This document shows positions 63,635 to 64,000 of a DNA stretch of 64,000 nt, piece by piece. Within the stretch, counting starts at the first letter, position 1, and each line of letters starts with the position of its first letter. A program made the position numbers and the translations under genes. The notes beneath the pieces were generated by a model, which searched no databases, was not told the origin of the DNA, and was given only the letters and a program-made list of their open reading frames with translations. Source of the DNA: an uncultured Prevotellaceae bacterium (GTDB taxonomy: Bacteria > Bacteroidota > Bacteroidia > Bacteroidales > Bacteroidaceae); contig ONKB01000056.1 of NCBI GenBank assembly GCA_900318305.1, forward strand, positions 360 to 64,359, given 5' to 3'.

Positions 63635-64000
63635 TTATTGGAAGTGACTAAGACGCGAAACAAGTTTGCCAAGGATATCAAATTCAATATTTACTACGGA
63701 GCCGATTTTTAGGTCGTGAAAGTTTGTGTGCTCGTAGGTGTAGGGGATGATATTGACTTGGAAGGTGTTGTCGGTGGGGTTGCAGACGGTAAGGCTTACA
63801 CCGTTTACAGTTACTGAACCTTTGTCAACGGTGAAATAACCATGACGTGCCATTTCAATGTTGAGAGGATATTCAAAGGTGTAGATGTAGCTGCCATCTG
63901 CGCTTTCAATGTTAGTGCACACGGCAGTCTCATCAACGTGTCCCTGAACAATGTGTCCGTCAAGCCTGCTGTTAACCGGCATGGCTCTCTCGACATTGAC
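63635..64000 (-). CDS. ribE: riboflavin synthase (5' end beyond the window)
   Basis: VNVERAMPVNSRLDGHIVQGHVD...SVTVNGVSLTV is the second lumazine-binding repeat of riboflavin synthase. The frame stays open to position 64000. Confidence 0.85.
   Translation of the reverse strand, partial: VNVERAMPVNSRLDGHIVQGHVDETAVCTNIESADGSYIYTFEYPLNIEMARHGYFTVDKGSVTVNGVSLTVCNPTDNTFQVNIIPYTYEHTNFHDLKIGSVVNIEFDILGKLVSRLSHFQ

Overview
This window looks like a Bacteroidales-type (Bacteroidota) chromosomal segment. It holds about 56 protein-coding genes. I recognised no rRNA, tRNA, CRISPR array, transposase or integrase. All calls come from reading the supplied translations and the DNA by eye; no database search or folding program was run.

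Core metabolism dominates:
- ilvE.
- A minus-strand leuA-leuC-leuD-(cimA-like)-leuB operon.
- A compact plus-strand lysine/DAP operon: M20 dapE-like, lysC, dapB, dapA, dapD, aminotransferase.
- thrA-(apgM-like homoserine-kinase substitute)-thrC.
- metA, pyruvate:ferredoxin oxidoreductase (nifJ), uvrA, an ABC-F ATPase, a U32-family protein, queH, partial ribE and a partial ExbB-like gene.

Envelope and glycan genes:
- A TonB-dependent receptor plus a GH57-like enzyme.
- A small GT4-GT2-Wzx cluster and a separate WcaI-like GT4.
- An M14 carboxypeptidase.
- Two DUF187/GHL10-like paralogs.

Accessory or unknown content:
- A tightly packed 4-gene extracytoplasmic cluster: secreted protein, C69 peptidase, PD40 lipoprotein with a CXXCH motif, and a DUF6057-like polytopic membrane protein.
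- A GNAT toxin/small-protein pair.
- A divergent AAA ATPase/ATP-grasp pair.

Noncoding signals:
- Bacteroidota TAnnTTTG -7 promoter boxes sit 18-50 nt upstream of many starts.
- There is a leader-peptide attenuator candidate in front of leuA.
- An orphan promoter/mini-ORF/terminator unit lies in front of the lysine operon.
- A 125-nt repeat carrying a complete promoter occurs in two inverted copies 37 kb apart.
- A T13 tract sits in a promoter spacer.

Nothing here is a clear-cut novel defence or mobile system. The most interesting candidates are the leu attenuator, the promoter-bearing repeat, the 4-gene envelope cluster, the atypical GNAT pair and a carboxyltransferase whose biotinyl domain lacks the biotin-acceptor lysine.
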